Below, piece after piece: positions 33,992 to 41,871 of a DNA stretch of 44,273 bases. The notes under the pieces are model-generated. The model did not search any database, was not told where the DNA came from, and saw nothing but the letters and a program-made list of their open reading frames with translations. The translations under genes were made by a program, and so were the position numbers. This DNA comes from a virus. Taxonomy: Duplodnaviria > Caudoviricetes. The DNA lies in the IMG/VR virus record IMGVR_UViG_3300033405_000935, positions 1-44,273 of that record. One strand, written 5' to 3'. Within the stretch, counting starts at the first letter, position 1, and the number at the start of each line of letters is the position of its first letter.

Positions 33992-35143
33992 TCAGAAAAT
34001 CGTGTCCTCGTCGACGTTATTGCCCTGTGATTGTCCCTGAGCTGGCGCCGGTTTCGGGGCCTGGTCTGCGGGCCGTGGGGCCGGCGCAGCGCTTGGATGA
34101 AGCGCAGGCGCGGCCTGAGCGGGGCGAGGAGCCTTGGGCACTCCCGGAGCCTTCCCCGGCGCAACAGGCGCGCTCTGGGGCTGTCCTTGCGGCTGCGCGG
34201 GGACTTCTAGCCCGAGCTCTCCGGCGGGTGGCGGGGCCTTGGCCTGGGCTGCCAGAGTCGCCGCGAGGTCGGCGCCGCTCGTGCCTTTCCGGGGCGCGGG
34301 CTCCTCGTCATCCGTGTACCATTCCGCCTCGACCTCGTCCTCGGGGTCGAGGTCGTCGAGGATGCCTGACTTCGCGGCGTCGGCCTCGAACTTGGGCACG
34401 TCGAGGGCAAGCAATTTGCGGGACTCGCGCTCCTCGATCGCCAGACGCCGGAGGCCCGCGATCTCCTCGCCGTCGAGTACCACGGTTGCATAGTTCACGG
34501 CGCCGTGATCCTCGGTGGATTTCTTGAGCATGACCAATTTCAAGGGCATCCCCATGAGGATGCCGCCCGTCTGGCTGGCGAAGAATTCAAGTGCGCCAAG
34601 GATCGAGGACACCGCGTTCCAGCTGTGCGTGCGAAACTTGTACACGCCGCCTAAGTCGCCGGATTCGGGGAGGAAGCAAGACAAGATACCGGAGACCTTG
34701 CACTTGCCAGCCTTGAGGATCGGGCAGGTGTCGGGGTCGCAGGCTATCGAGGTCAGAACCTCGCCATCAAGCTTGAGCTTTGCGCTCGTGCCCTCTCCCA
34801 CGATCGAGAGCTTACCCTTGCGGAGCGCCGACTCGCCGTCGCCCGCGCATACCTTGTGGCCGCCCTCGTAGGCCTGGAACTGCGTGAAAAAGTTCTTGTC
34901 GATGCTGTCGAACGGGAGCCGGATTTTCAGCTCGCGCGGTTCTTTCCCGAGGCGCGACATGAGGTCGCCGTTCTCGACGAAGTTGCCATCAGCCCCGCGC
35001 ACGGTGGTCGTCACGATGAAATGGTCGAGCTTCTTAGGCGGTGCGAAATCGTGGCCGCCCTTGGACGTGATTTTCTCGCCGCGATAGCCGGTCTTGATCT
35101 TGCCGACTTCGGCGAGGGTTTTGTGTAGGCCGTTCTTGATCAT
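33992..35143 (-). CDS. Gp3-like recombination protein (putative ssDNA annealing partner of YqaJ)
   Basis: GKIKTG...PKKLDHF, C.GDG, C...CP.....CK, GVYKFRTHSWN; acidic tail DEDTIF. Confidence 0.65.
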   Translation of the reverse strand: MIKNGLHKTLAEVGKIKTGYRGEKITSKGGHDFAPPKKLDHFIVTTTVRGADGNFVENGDLMSRLGKEPRELKIRLPFDSIDKNFFTQFQAYEGGHKVCAGDGESALRKGKLSIVGEGTSAKLKLDGEVLTSIACDPDTCPILKAGKCKVSGILSCFLPESGDLGGVYKFRTHSWNAVSSILGALEFFASQTGGILMGMPLKLVMLKKSTEDHGAVNYATVVLDGEEIAGLRRLAIEERESRKLLALDVPKFEADAAKSGILDDLDPEDEVEAEWYTDDEEPAPRKGTSGADLAATLAAQAKAPPPAGELGLEVPAQPQGQPQSAPVAPGKAPGVPKAPRPAQAAPALHPSAAPAPRPADQAPKPAPAQGQSQGNNVDEDTIF

Positions 35144-35283
35144 TCGCGGCCACCGTTTAGGTAGTGGACGCGCTCGATGGCCTTCTCTGAATCATCGTAG
35201 TCACTCTCAGGATGCCATTTTTCGGTCGGATCGTAAAAGCCAACAGTCCACAATCCCGGCTCGGATTCAATGTAAACATACAT
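35140..35283 (-). CDS. Small hypothetical protein (MYVYIESEPGLWTVGFYDP...)
   Basis: AAAGGAG RBS; ATGA coupling to the next gene. Confidence 0.7.
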   Translation of the reverse strand: MYVYIESEPGLWTVGFYDPTEKWHPESDYDDSEKAIERVHYLNGGRE

Positions 35284-35299
35284 ATCCGTTTCTCCTTTC

Positions 35300-36376
35300 T
35301 TACGACGCCCTGAATACGAGGACGCCATTTTTCTGCTTTGCGAATTGCCCTAGTTTCTTACCCGCCTCGTCGCGGAATATCGTGGCCGTGCGGGACTCGT
35401 CGTCGAGCGTGCCGTCCTGTTTGCGCGCCCAATCGAGCGTGATCTGTGCGAGGCGCTTCTTGCGCTTGGACATACTGCCGCCCTCGCCGATCTCCTCGCC
35501 GATGGCCTTCATCTCCGCGAACCATCCCGCAATAAGGGGCGGGCAAACGATCGTTTTCTTGGGCTCGGGGAAGAGGCGCTTCACGTCGTCATACGTTCGG
35601 GGTTCGGGCTCGATGCCCGTGAGGATGTTGTGGTCCCAGAAATGGCGGTAGGCGTCCAGAAGGCCGCGCTGTGCGTCGCGGTTTGCGGGGACGGGGTACT
35701 GATGGAAGTTGCCGATGTCGCGAAAGACGTCGGCCCAGTCGTAGCACGGCCGGCAGGCGATGCTATCTCGCGATACGCACCACTCGTCCAACCCATTCTT
35801 GACAACCTGCCAGCCTAGCTCCTCGAACTTGTCCGGCGTCTCCGGGAACACGAGGACCGACACAATGTCGAGCTCGGCCCCCGTACAGGCCAATTGGTGC
35901 TGCGTCTGGACGGCGTACGACACGGGGATTTTGTCCGTGCCCTCTGGCCCCCACTTCTCGCGGAAGGGGAAAAGCGAGGTTGTCTTACCTTCGTGGAGGG
36001 GTGTCGCCTCGCCAAGGTCTGGCGATCTGTACCAGCCATCGATGTGGCAAGTGATCGGGCCGGCGGCCGGATTGTCATGCTCGAGGCCTTTGAAATCGAG
36101 ATAAAAAGCGGCCTCTCGCGAATCGATCCTGCTCTCTAGTGCCTCCTCCGCAAGTGCGATCACCGCCGGCTCGAACGCCTTGCCCCACCGTAGGGGCGCG
36201 GAGTCCTTGTGCTCGGGGAGCGTATAGCCGCGCACGGCGTTGAAGCCGGGCGTCCGCTCCTCGCAGAGGAGCTGCCAGACTTCGAGCGGGGACTGGAATT
36301 CCGAAAGGCCCAGGATCGCGGCGCCACGACTTGCAGAAATGCCGACAGGAGTACTAGCCACGGGGAGCCCCGGCAT
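35300..36376 (-). CDS. YqaJ-like (lambda Exo family) recombinase nuclease
   Basis: GISAS..AAILGLS.F.SP..VW, WG..FE, HIDG, EGKT, Y..Q.QHQL.CTG. Confidence 0.9.
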   Translation of the reverse strand: MPGLPVASTPVGISASRGAAILGLSEFQSPLEVWQLLCEERTPGFNAVRGYTLPEHKDSAPLRWGKAFEPAVIALAEEALESRIDSREAAFYLDFKGLEHDNPAAGPITCHIDGWYRSPDLGEATPLHEGKTTSLFPFREKWGPEGTDKIPVSYAVQTQHQLACTGAELDIVSVLVFPETPDKFEELGWQVVKNGLDEWCVSRDSIACRPCYDWADVFRDIGNFHQYPVPANRDAQRGLLDAYRHFWDHNILTGIEPEPRTYDDVKRLFPEPKKTIVCPPLIAGWFAEMKAIGEEIGEGGSMSKRKKRLAQITLDWARKQDGTLDDESRTATIFRDEAGKKLGQFAKQKNGVLVFRAS

Positions 36377-36635
36377 CGTCCACGTCGGAGCGGACGGACA
36401 GACCCTCGCGATCGGGGAGCTCGGGCTTCCAGTCAGCGACGAGTTCGGATATAGATGGCCCGGACTCTAGGACCTCGGTGGGGAAGCCTTCGCAGTGCTT
36501 GGCCATGGCCACGATGCGGCGGAGCGTTTCCTGGACGTCGGGGCCCGGCTCCATACGGATCTTGCCGTCCCGGCCGCCTGGTCCGATATTGATCGAGCGG
36601 CCGCCCTTGGCGAGCTCCCAGGCGGGTGCGCTCAT
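36354..36635 (-). CDS. Hypothetical protein
   Basis: GGAGG RBS and ATGA coupling. Confidence 0.6.
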   Translation of the reverse strand: MSAPAWELAKGGRSINIGPGGRDGKIRMEPGPDVQETLRRIVAMAKHCEGFPTEVLESGPSISELVADWKPELPDREGLSVRSDVDDAGAPRG

Positions 36636-36886
36636 CCCTGTCCTCCCACCGGCGGCGTGCGGTCGGTCATGGCGTATATCTCGCCGTAGTAGTCTGGCTG
36701 TTTGGAATCTGTCTTGTTCTTGTTCCGCCGGATTGCGATGCCGAGCTTCTCGCCCGAGCGGATCGAGATCGTGATGCCCTGGAGCTCCAAGTGCCCTGAG
36801 AGCATAAAGGCGCCGTCGGGCTGGTCGGCGGGTTTGTCCTTTTCGTCGAGCTTGACCCATACGGGCATCTGAATGAGCTGTGCCAT
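36632..36886 (-). CDS. DUF736-like small protein (possible ssDNA-binding)
   Basis: LSG.L...G, N.NK...KQPDY motif; AAGGAGG RBS. Confidence 0.55.
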   Translation of the reverse strand: MAQLIQMPVWVKLDEKDKPADQPDGAFMLSGHLELQGITISIRSGEKLGIAIRRNKNKTDSKQPDYYGEIYAMTDRTPPVGGQG

Positions 36887-36896
36887 AAATCCTCCT

Positions 36897-37298
36897 TCAG
36901 TACAGTGCGTCTTCTTCTGCGCACACGGCGGCATACACTCGCCGCGGCGCCTGTTTCACTGATTCGCCCTCGTCCTTCTTTGTCCTGCCATGCTTCTTGT
37001 TGTGGCAGTCGTGGCAGAGACAGCGGAGCCCCATGTCTTGCGGGAAGCCCTGCTTGCGGAGCCAGAGGTAGTAGTTCCAGCCGCCGGGCGAGCCATGGCC
37101 GTAGCCGAATATCTGCGCCCGCTGCTCGTTCCCGCCTCCGGCCTCGTGGTCGAGCTCAAGGTGGTCAAGGTTCTCGTCTCCGCAGTCCACGCACTTGCCG
37201 CCGTAGGCCTTGAGGACTTCGACGCGCACGCGCATGCGGTAGCGTTTAAGCTGCTCGTGTACTGCGGACGGGTGTTTTTGCTTCCAAGCTGCGCTCAC
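36897..37298 (-). CDS. HNH endonuclease-like protein
   Basis: YGGKCVDCG...LELDH...LRCLCHDCHNKKH; AAGGAGGT RBS. Confidence 0.78.
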   Translation of the reverse strand: MSAAWKQKHPSAVHEQLKRYRMRVRVEVLKAYGGKCVDCGDENLDHLELDHEAGGGNEQRAQIFGYGHGSPGGWNYYLWLRKQGFPQDMGLRCLCHDCHNKKHGRTKKDEGESVKQAPRRVYAAVCAEEDALY

Positions 37299-37313
37299 GG
37301 AATCGACCTCCTT

Positions 37314-37430
37314 AAAAACTGGGCGGCAGGCCGGGATGACGGCCTTCTGGGTTCCTCCACTCGTGTCATGAGCACCACGAGCTTCGCAGGCTGCCCTCTC
37401 CTAGCCGGAGTACGCTTTCGGGAACCGCCC
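37314..37430 (-). ncRNA. Candidate multi-stem structured RNA upstream of HNH
   Basis: Closing GGGCGG/CCGCCC, alternative GGTTCC/GGAACC, internal hairpins CTCC/GGAG, CTCGTG/CACGAG and GGCCG/CGGCC, then a T-tract. Confidence 0.4.
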
Positions 37431-37514
37431 TGGTAAAAGCGCCGTGGCGGAATCGAACCGCCCACCTCTTTCCCCCGTTGCGCTGACGGTAGTCGCACCA
37501 GCAAAACGGCGCTT
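37431..37514 (-). tRNA. Degenerate tRNA-like element (nominal anticodon GCG)
   Basis: 9-bp acceptor-like stem AAGCGCCGT/ACGGCGCTT, perfect T arm GGCGG-TTCGATT-CCGCC, anticodon arm CCGT-CAGCGCA-ACGG, 3' ACCA; shrunken D arm and no U33. Confidence 0.6.
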
Positions 37515-37515
37515 G

Positions 37516-37547
37516 TAAAACGCGCGGCCACGTCGAGTCAGCCGCGC
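37516..37547 (-). terminator. Hairpin/terminator after the 37562-38026 gene
   Basis: GCGCGGC-12 nt-GCCGCGC followed by GTTTT on the - strand. Confidence 0.55.
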
Positions 37548-37561
37548 AATAACGTGCTTGC

Positions 37562-38026
37562 TTACTGTTTGGCTTCCTGCGTAGGCTCTTCGGGCGCGGG
37601 CTCGGGTGCAGCGGCCTCGGTCGGCTCGGGCGCGGGCTCAGGCGCGGCGGCCGGCTGTTCGGGAGCAGCTGGGGCCTTGGCGGCGGCGATCTCGTCGACC
37701 TCTGGGGCTGCGGCGTCTAGGACAGGCGGTGCTACGGGCGCGGCTGCCTTCGCGGCGGCTTCGGCTTTTTCCTGCTGCTCCTTCGCGAACGCCTGGAGCT
37801 CGGCCTCGACCTTCGTCTTTTCCTTGAGCAGGGCATTACGCGCCGCGACGAGAGCCTTCTCGGTCTCGTTTTCGAAGGCGAGGCCGTTGTCCATGATGTG
37901 GTCGGCGAGGCCGCGGAAGTTGTTTTCCCAGGTGGCCAGGGACTGCGCGAGCTGCATCTTCGCCTGCAAGAGTTTCGCGGTACCGTCGGTGACGAGCTCC
38001 TTAAATTCCGTGACTACGTTTTCCAT
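37562..38026 (-). CDS. Hypothetical coiled-coil protein with Ala/Pro/Glu-rich tail
   Basis: AAGGAGG RBS; strong codon bias. Confidence 0.75.
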   Translation of the reverse strand: MENVVTEFKELVTDGTAKLLQAKMQLAQSLATWENNFRGLADHIMDNGLAFENETEKALVAARNALLKEKTKVEAELQAFAKEQQEKAEAAAKAAAPVAPPVLDAAAPEVDEIAAAKAPAAPEQPAAAPEPAPEPTEAAAPEPAPEEPTQEAKQ

Positions 38027-38042
38027 TCTGCGGTGCCCCTCC

Positions 38043-38225
38043 TTAGGGCTTTTTGAAGATATTGAGGCCGACGAATATCACGCCGTCATCGGTCGTGACC
38101 TTCTGATTGCCTCGCGTGGTCGCGAGTACGAGAGTTTTTCCCGTTGAACTGGGCTCGCCCTTGGGATCGAGCTTGGCAACGATAGTGATCTCGTCGCCGT
38201 CGATCGAAATCTGTGGCTCTACCAT
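38043..38225 (-). CDS. Small conserved-type protein (PSSTGKTLVLATTRGN)
   Basis: AAGGAGGT RBS; 60 aa. Confidence 0.75.
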   Translation of the reverse strand: MVEPQISIDGDEITIVAKLDPKGEPSSTGKTLVLATTRGNQKVTTDDGVIFVGLNIFKKP

Positions 38226-38325
38226 CCGAATAACCTCCTTGAAATAACCGACCCTCTGGCCGGGGATTCGTGCCGCGCGCGGCTCGTCACCGTGGGCGGC
38301 TACCTGCGAACGCGCAGGCGCGAGG

Positions 38326-38421
38326 CTACTTCCTGACCATGAGGCGCAGGGCGATAATGAAAGCTTCCTGGTCCTCGACGCTAGAGATCCTAACCATCAA
38401 AACATTGATACTCGTTTCCAC
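38326..38421 (-). CDS. Very small hypothetical protein (31 aa)
   Basis: AAGGAG + GTG; translated by hand METSINVLMVRISSVEDQEAFIIALRLMVRK. Confidence 0.45.
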   Translation of the reverse strand: METSINVLMVRISSVEDQEAFIIALRLMVRK

Positions 38422-38458
38422 TTTTCACTCCTTCCTCACCGGCTCGCTGGCCGGGGAT

Positions 38459-38635
38459 TTACTTGGTAATTGGCGCGTCGGGTTTCTTTCCCTTGGCGCG
38501 GCGTGTATGCCTGTTCTCGCCGGTGAATACAGTCGACGGGATGTAATGCCCCTGCGGGCTCATCGTCACGCCGAGGTTCAGGGCGCGTTTCGGGCGCGGT
38601 TTCGAGCGGCAATCGTCAGGGGCGTATTGGGCCAT
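38459..38635 (-). CDS. Small basic hypothetical protein (58 aa)
   Basis: AGGAGG RBS; contains NRHTRRA. Confidence 0.55.
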   Translation of the reverse strand: MAQYAPDDCRSKPRPKRALNLGVTMSPQGHYIPSTVFTGENRHTRRAKGKKPDAPITK

Positions 38636-38752
38636 CTATAGGTCCTCCTTTTTCCCGAAATATTTCTTGATGAGGCTGTGTATCTCGAGGCCAATAACTA
38701 CAGCGATGACCGCGAGGAGAACCGCGACCTGAATCCAGTTCGGGCCGGTCAT
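38636..38752 (-). CDS. Single-TM micro-protein (38 aa)
   Basis: ATGA-coupled; MTGPNWIQVAVLLAVIAVVIGLEIHSLIKKYFGKKEDL. Confidence 0.6.
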   Translation of the reverse strand: MTGPNWIQVAVLLAVIAVVIGLEIHSLIKKYFGKKEDL

Positions 38753-39570
38753 GCCCAGTCCCCCGCGTTTTCGCTGCCTTTACCGCGCACGTTCTCGAGC
38801 GCGGCTTCGACTTCCTCGAGGCGGTCGGAGAGGTTCGCGATGGTATGAGCGAGGCGCTTACGCTCGAGTTCCAGGCGCGCGGCGACATCCTCCGGCTTAT
38901 TCACTGCCGCGCGAGCGGCCTTGATCTGGTGTGGCGAGAGCTCACCCTCAAGCGAGTCCACTACGGCCGCGCGCTCCTCGCCTGACTTGATCGCGGCGAC
39001 CATCTTGATATTCTCCTCGCCCAGCTCGGCGGGCAGGTCGTAGCCTGCGGCCTTCATGCACATGGTCGCCCAGGGCAATGTCTGCTTGAGGTCGCGCATC
39101 ACGTAGTCCTCGAAGCGGACGCCGGCTTTCTTGCAGGTGGTCTGCGCCTCGATGAGGGCGCGGCCGATTGACTTTAGGAGCTCGCCGGACTGGCGGATTA
39201 GGTCGGTGAGGTTTGTGTTGACTGCGGCCATGCCTTCGGCCTTGGCAGGATTCGTATACAGCCCCTTGGCCTCGGCGATACCGGCGAGCTCGTGCAGCAC
39301 CGCCCAGAAGGCGTTCGTGTGGCTCCGCGTGCCCGTGGCTCCGCGCTCGGTGACCATGATGTGGTGCGCGTACTCATGCATGGCGGTCCAGAAGAGCGCG
39401 TCGTCGGTCGTGAAGTTTTTCCCGTAGAGGAAGATTTCGTGCTGACCCGGCGCGCCGAACCGGTAGAATCCATTCGTGCGCGCGTTCGACCGGTCCAAGT
39501 TCGAGACTGTGAAATCGATCTTCGGCTCGTGCAGCTCGAGGAGCGCAGTTGTGACTTCGTCGGCGGTCAT
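38749..39570 (-). CDS. HEXXH zinc metalloprotease (SprT-like) with helical C-terminal domain
   Basis: TNGFY, TAMHEYAHH and HTNAFW motifs. Confidence 0.7.
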   Translation of the reverse strand: MTADEVTTALLELHEPKIDFTVSNLDRSNARTNGFYRFGAPGQHEIFLYGKNFTTDDALFWTAMHEYAHHIMVTERGATGTRSHTNAFWAVLHELAGIAEAKGLYTNPAKAEGMAAVNTNLTDLIRQSGELLKSIGRALIEAQTTCKKAGVRFEDYVMRDLKQTLPWATMCMKAAGYDLPAELGEENIKMVAAIKSGEERAAVVDSLEGELSPHQIKAARAAVNKPEDVAARLELERKRLAHTIANLSDRLEEVEAALENVRGKGSENAGDWA

Positions 39571-39815
39571 ACGATGGCCTCGCTCTTCACAGATGAAGTC
39601 GAATAAGTCGCCGCCGGGACGTAGATCGCCGCGAGATAGTCGTCAATGTCAGCCGAGTCAAACTTGTACTGACCACCGATGATGCGATAGCCGATCGGGC
39701 ATTTCTGGTCATATATCCATTGGCGTAAGGCCCGAGAACAGACTCCGATTTTGCGCGCGGTTGTCGTGAGCGAAAGCAAATCGCCGCGAATGGTCGATAT
39801 TGCGGTGTCGCTCAT
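39567..39815 (-). CDS. Excisionase-like HTH DNA-binding protein
   Basis: LLSL...ARKIGVCSRALRQWI...P.....IGGQYKFDSADIDDYL. Confidence 0.8.
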   Translation of the reverse strand: MSDTAISTIRGDLLSLTTTARKIGVCSRALRQWIYDQKCPIGYRIIGGQYKFDSADIDDYLAAIYVPAATYSTSSVKSEAIV

Positions 39816-39922
39816 AGCGTGCCCCCGTGGCGGACGATCCACGCTTCCATGATCGCTATCGCCTCGGCCTTGAGCTCGGGCGTCCACTCATCGAGATCCC
39901 ATAGCGCGAGTTGGCCGTTCAT
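39812..39922 (-). CDS. 36-aa micro-protein (MNGQLALWDLDEWTPELKAEAIAIMEAWIVRHGGTL)
   Basis: ATGA-coupled at both ends; GAGG RBS. Confidence 0.6.
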   Translation of the reverse strand: MNGQLALWDLDEWTPELKAEAIAIMEAWIVRHGGTL

Positions 39923-40671
39923 CGGGAGGCCTCGTCCACGCTGGAGCGGAACTGCTCGCCCTCGCGGGCCTCGGGATTGCGGCGGGGCTGGAGTTCATTG
40001 AAGTACGTCCATATTTTCCGCAACTCGGACGCCGCGTAGGTTGGCTGTGGCTTCCAATTGAGGATTGATAGGACGGCGGCGAAATCGTCGAAGGTGATGC
40101 CGAAAAGCTCGGGTACGGCGGCAGCTGGGGTGATTAATTTGGTCAGGCGTTCGATTTTCTGGAATCCAGCCTCACGGCTCAACGGGATGGGCGCAGGGAG
40201 CGCTACGGGGGTAGCGGGCGCGCGCGGTGGCGTGCCGGTGAGTGCGGCCATACCCTGGCCCATGGGCATTTTATAGCCGATAAGGAAGTCGAAGCGTTTG
40301 GCGGCTTCAGCGTACTTGGGATCTGCGTACATTTCCTTGATCTCGCGGATAGCAGGTCCGGACAATTTGTCCAGAAAACCGGAAGATTTTTCCGATGCAT
40401 TTTGCACAGAGCCCTTGGTGTTCTCGGCTAGGAGGTTCGCTAGGGTGTGTTTTCCACCTGCGTTGATGATGGCCAGGACCTCGCGGAGGTCGAAGCGCGC
40501 GGGCTTTTTGGATTCCTGGGCCTGGATAAGCCGCTCAGAAAGTTCCGGCATTTTGCCGGGTTCTCCCGGCGTTTTGCCGGATGCCGCTATATCGATCCAC
40601 CGACGCACCGTGCGCTCGTCGGTCTCGCACAGCTCTGCGATCTCGCGGATCGTCATGGTCTGCCCGCTCAT
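39919..40671 (-). CDS. HTH DNA-binding protein
   Basis: N-terminal MTIREIAELCETDERTVRRWI. Confidence 0.75.
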   Translation of the reverse strand: MSGQTMTIREIAELCETDERTVRRWIDIAASGKTPGEPGKMPELSERLIQAQESKKPARFDLREVLAIINAGGKHTLANLLAENTKGSVQNASEKSSGFLDKLSGPAIREIKEMYADPKYAEAAKRFDFLIGYKMPMGQGMAALTGTPPRAPATPVALPAPIPLSREAGFQKIERLTKLITPAAAVPELFGITFDDFAAVLSILNWKPQPTYAASELRKIWTYFNELQPRRNPEAREGEQFRSSVDEASR

Positions 40672-41534
40672 CGCTGGGCCTCGATAGCGGCGGCTGAAGG
40701 CTTCGGAAAAAACTTCTCAGCGATCCAGGCTTCGCCTTTGCCGGTGACGTAGGTGCGATGGTTTAAGTGCTCTTCGCCTGCTCTGTCGGTGTAGGGAGTT
40801 TCGATGACGCGGAAGTAGCCGCGATAGACATAGGTTTGATAAGGAACCCACTCGCCGGATGAGTTACGAAAAATCACATGCTCGCGATAAAGCGTTGTGA
40901 AGATGTTATGCGGCCCGAGTCCGGTTACCTTCCCGATCTCCGAAAGCAGGCGATCGTCACCAGCGCTTGCGATTCGGTCGTAGACTTTGGCCTTGGGCTC
41001 AAGGGCAGCAATCTGGAACGTAAGCCTGTCAGTCATGTCCTGGAGCTGATTGCGCTCCTCGATGGCCTCCGCGGCGAGGCGAAGGGCCTCGGGAAGCGAT
41101 TGCGGGATATCGTAGCCGTGATAGCTGCCAGTTCTGCGGATAGAAGGAAGAACCTCTTCATATATCCATGCTTCAAAGCGATTGGCTTCTGGAAGACGTG
41201 ATCCTGCTATAAGACGGAAAAGATCGGGCTCGGCGATGATGCGGACTTCTTGGTTTCGGCCAAGGCTATCGACGATGGGGTGGTGTTTCACCACCCCACG
41301 GCAATGCTGCTTAATCGCATTGACCGTGTCCTTATATCCGAGGACTTCGCAGACATCCTTCCCAACCCACCACGTCGCGCCGTCAATCTCGACTGTGCGA
41401 ACCTCATGTGCTTCAAAGGAAAAGATCTGAAGTGCGTCAGCCTTGTCGGCTTCGGCCTTGTAGCCGCGCTCTCCGGGGCGTGGAGCAGCGAGTCCAACGG
41501 GCAGAACGCCCATGCCTTCGGGGCCGCGGCTCAT
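40668..41534 (-). CDS. Phage antirepressor (BRO-N + KilAC/ANT)
   Basis: VRTV....WWVGKDVCEVLGY, FEAWIYEEVLPSIRRTGSY, PQSLPEALRLAA, PKA..YD, TYVTGKG. Confidence 0.92.
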   Translation of the reverse strand: MSRGPEGMGVLPVGLAAPRPGERGYKAEADKADALQIFSFEAHEVRTVEIDGATWWVGKDVCEVLGYKDTVNAIKQHCRGVVKHHPIVDSLGRNQEVRIIAEPDLFRLIAGSRLPEANRFEAWIYEEVLPSIRRTGSYHGYDIPQSLPEALRLAAEAIEERNQLQDMTDRLTFQIAALEPKAKVYDRIASAGDDRLLSEIGKVTGLGPHNIFTTLYREHVIFRNSSGEWVPYQTYVYRGYFRVIETPYTDRAGEEHLNHRTYVTGKGEAWIAEKFFPKPSAAAIEAQR

Positions 41535-41719
41535 TTTGCGGCCTCAAGAGCGGCCGCGAGTTCGCGAGCCTGGCCAGCCTGTTCGGCTTGGAGTGCTCTC
41601 CTGATAAGATAGTTAACGGTTTTCGACCTAGAGCGGTATTCCTGCCCCGCGAGCTTGTCGACATAGGCTAGAATTTCAGGGTCAAATGCTATCGATTTCG
41701 TTATGCCTGCTTCCGGCAT
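41531..41719 (-). CDS. Ribbon-helix-helix regulator (Cro-position gene)
   Basis: KSIAFDPEILAYVDKLA....RSRSKTVNYLIRRAL; AAGGAGGT RBS; first gene of the early operon. Confidence 0.85.
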   Translation of the reverse strand: MPEAGITKSIAFDPEILAYVDKLAGQEYRSRSKTVNYLIRRALQAEQAGQARELAAALEAAK

Positions 41720-41730
41720 ATCGACCTCCT

Positions 41731-41800
41731 TGCTGAATATTGCTGAATCCTAGCAGTATCCAACAGAGGCGTCAAGTATAAAAATGCTGATTCTTGCTGA
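41731..41800. promoter_or_regulatory. Operator boxes: TGCTGA pairs at 41731/41741 and 41785/41795
   Basis: Four direct repeats, 10-bp period within each pair, flanking the leftward promoter. Confidence 0.7.
41747..41775 (-). promoter_or_regulatory. Early leftward sigma70-type promoter TTGACG-17 nt-TAGGAT
   Basis: Near-consensus hexamers with ideal spacing upstream of the RHH gene. Confidence 0.75.
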
Positions 41801-41871
41801 AAAACTATTGATCTTGTTATATATTCACCGATACTAACAATATAAAGCACTTGCTTTAGATGGGGGTTTAC

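Noticed and set aside
37314-37430. Match to a known ribozyme or riboswitch (hammerhead, twister, c-di-GMP-I)
   Set aside because: Conserved cores such as CUGANGA/GAAA were not found by eye; left as an unassigned structure
37295-37531. 78-aa - strand ORF across the tRNA-like region
   Set aside because: No RBS and no protein-like features; the region is better explained as structured RNA
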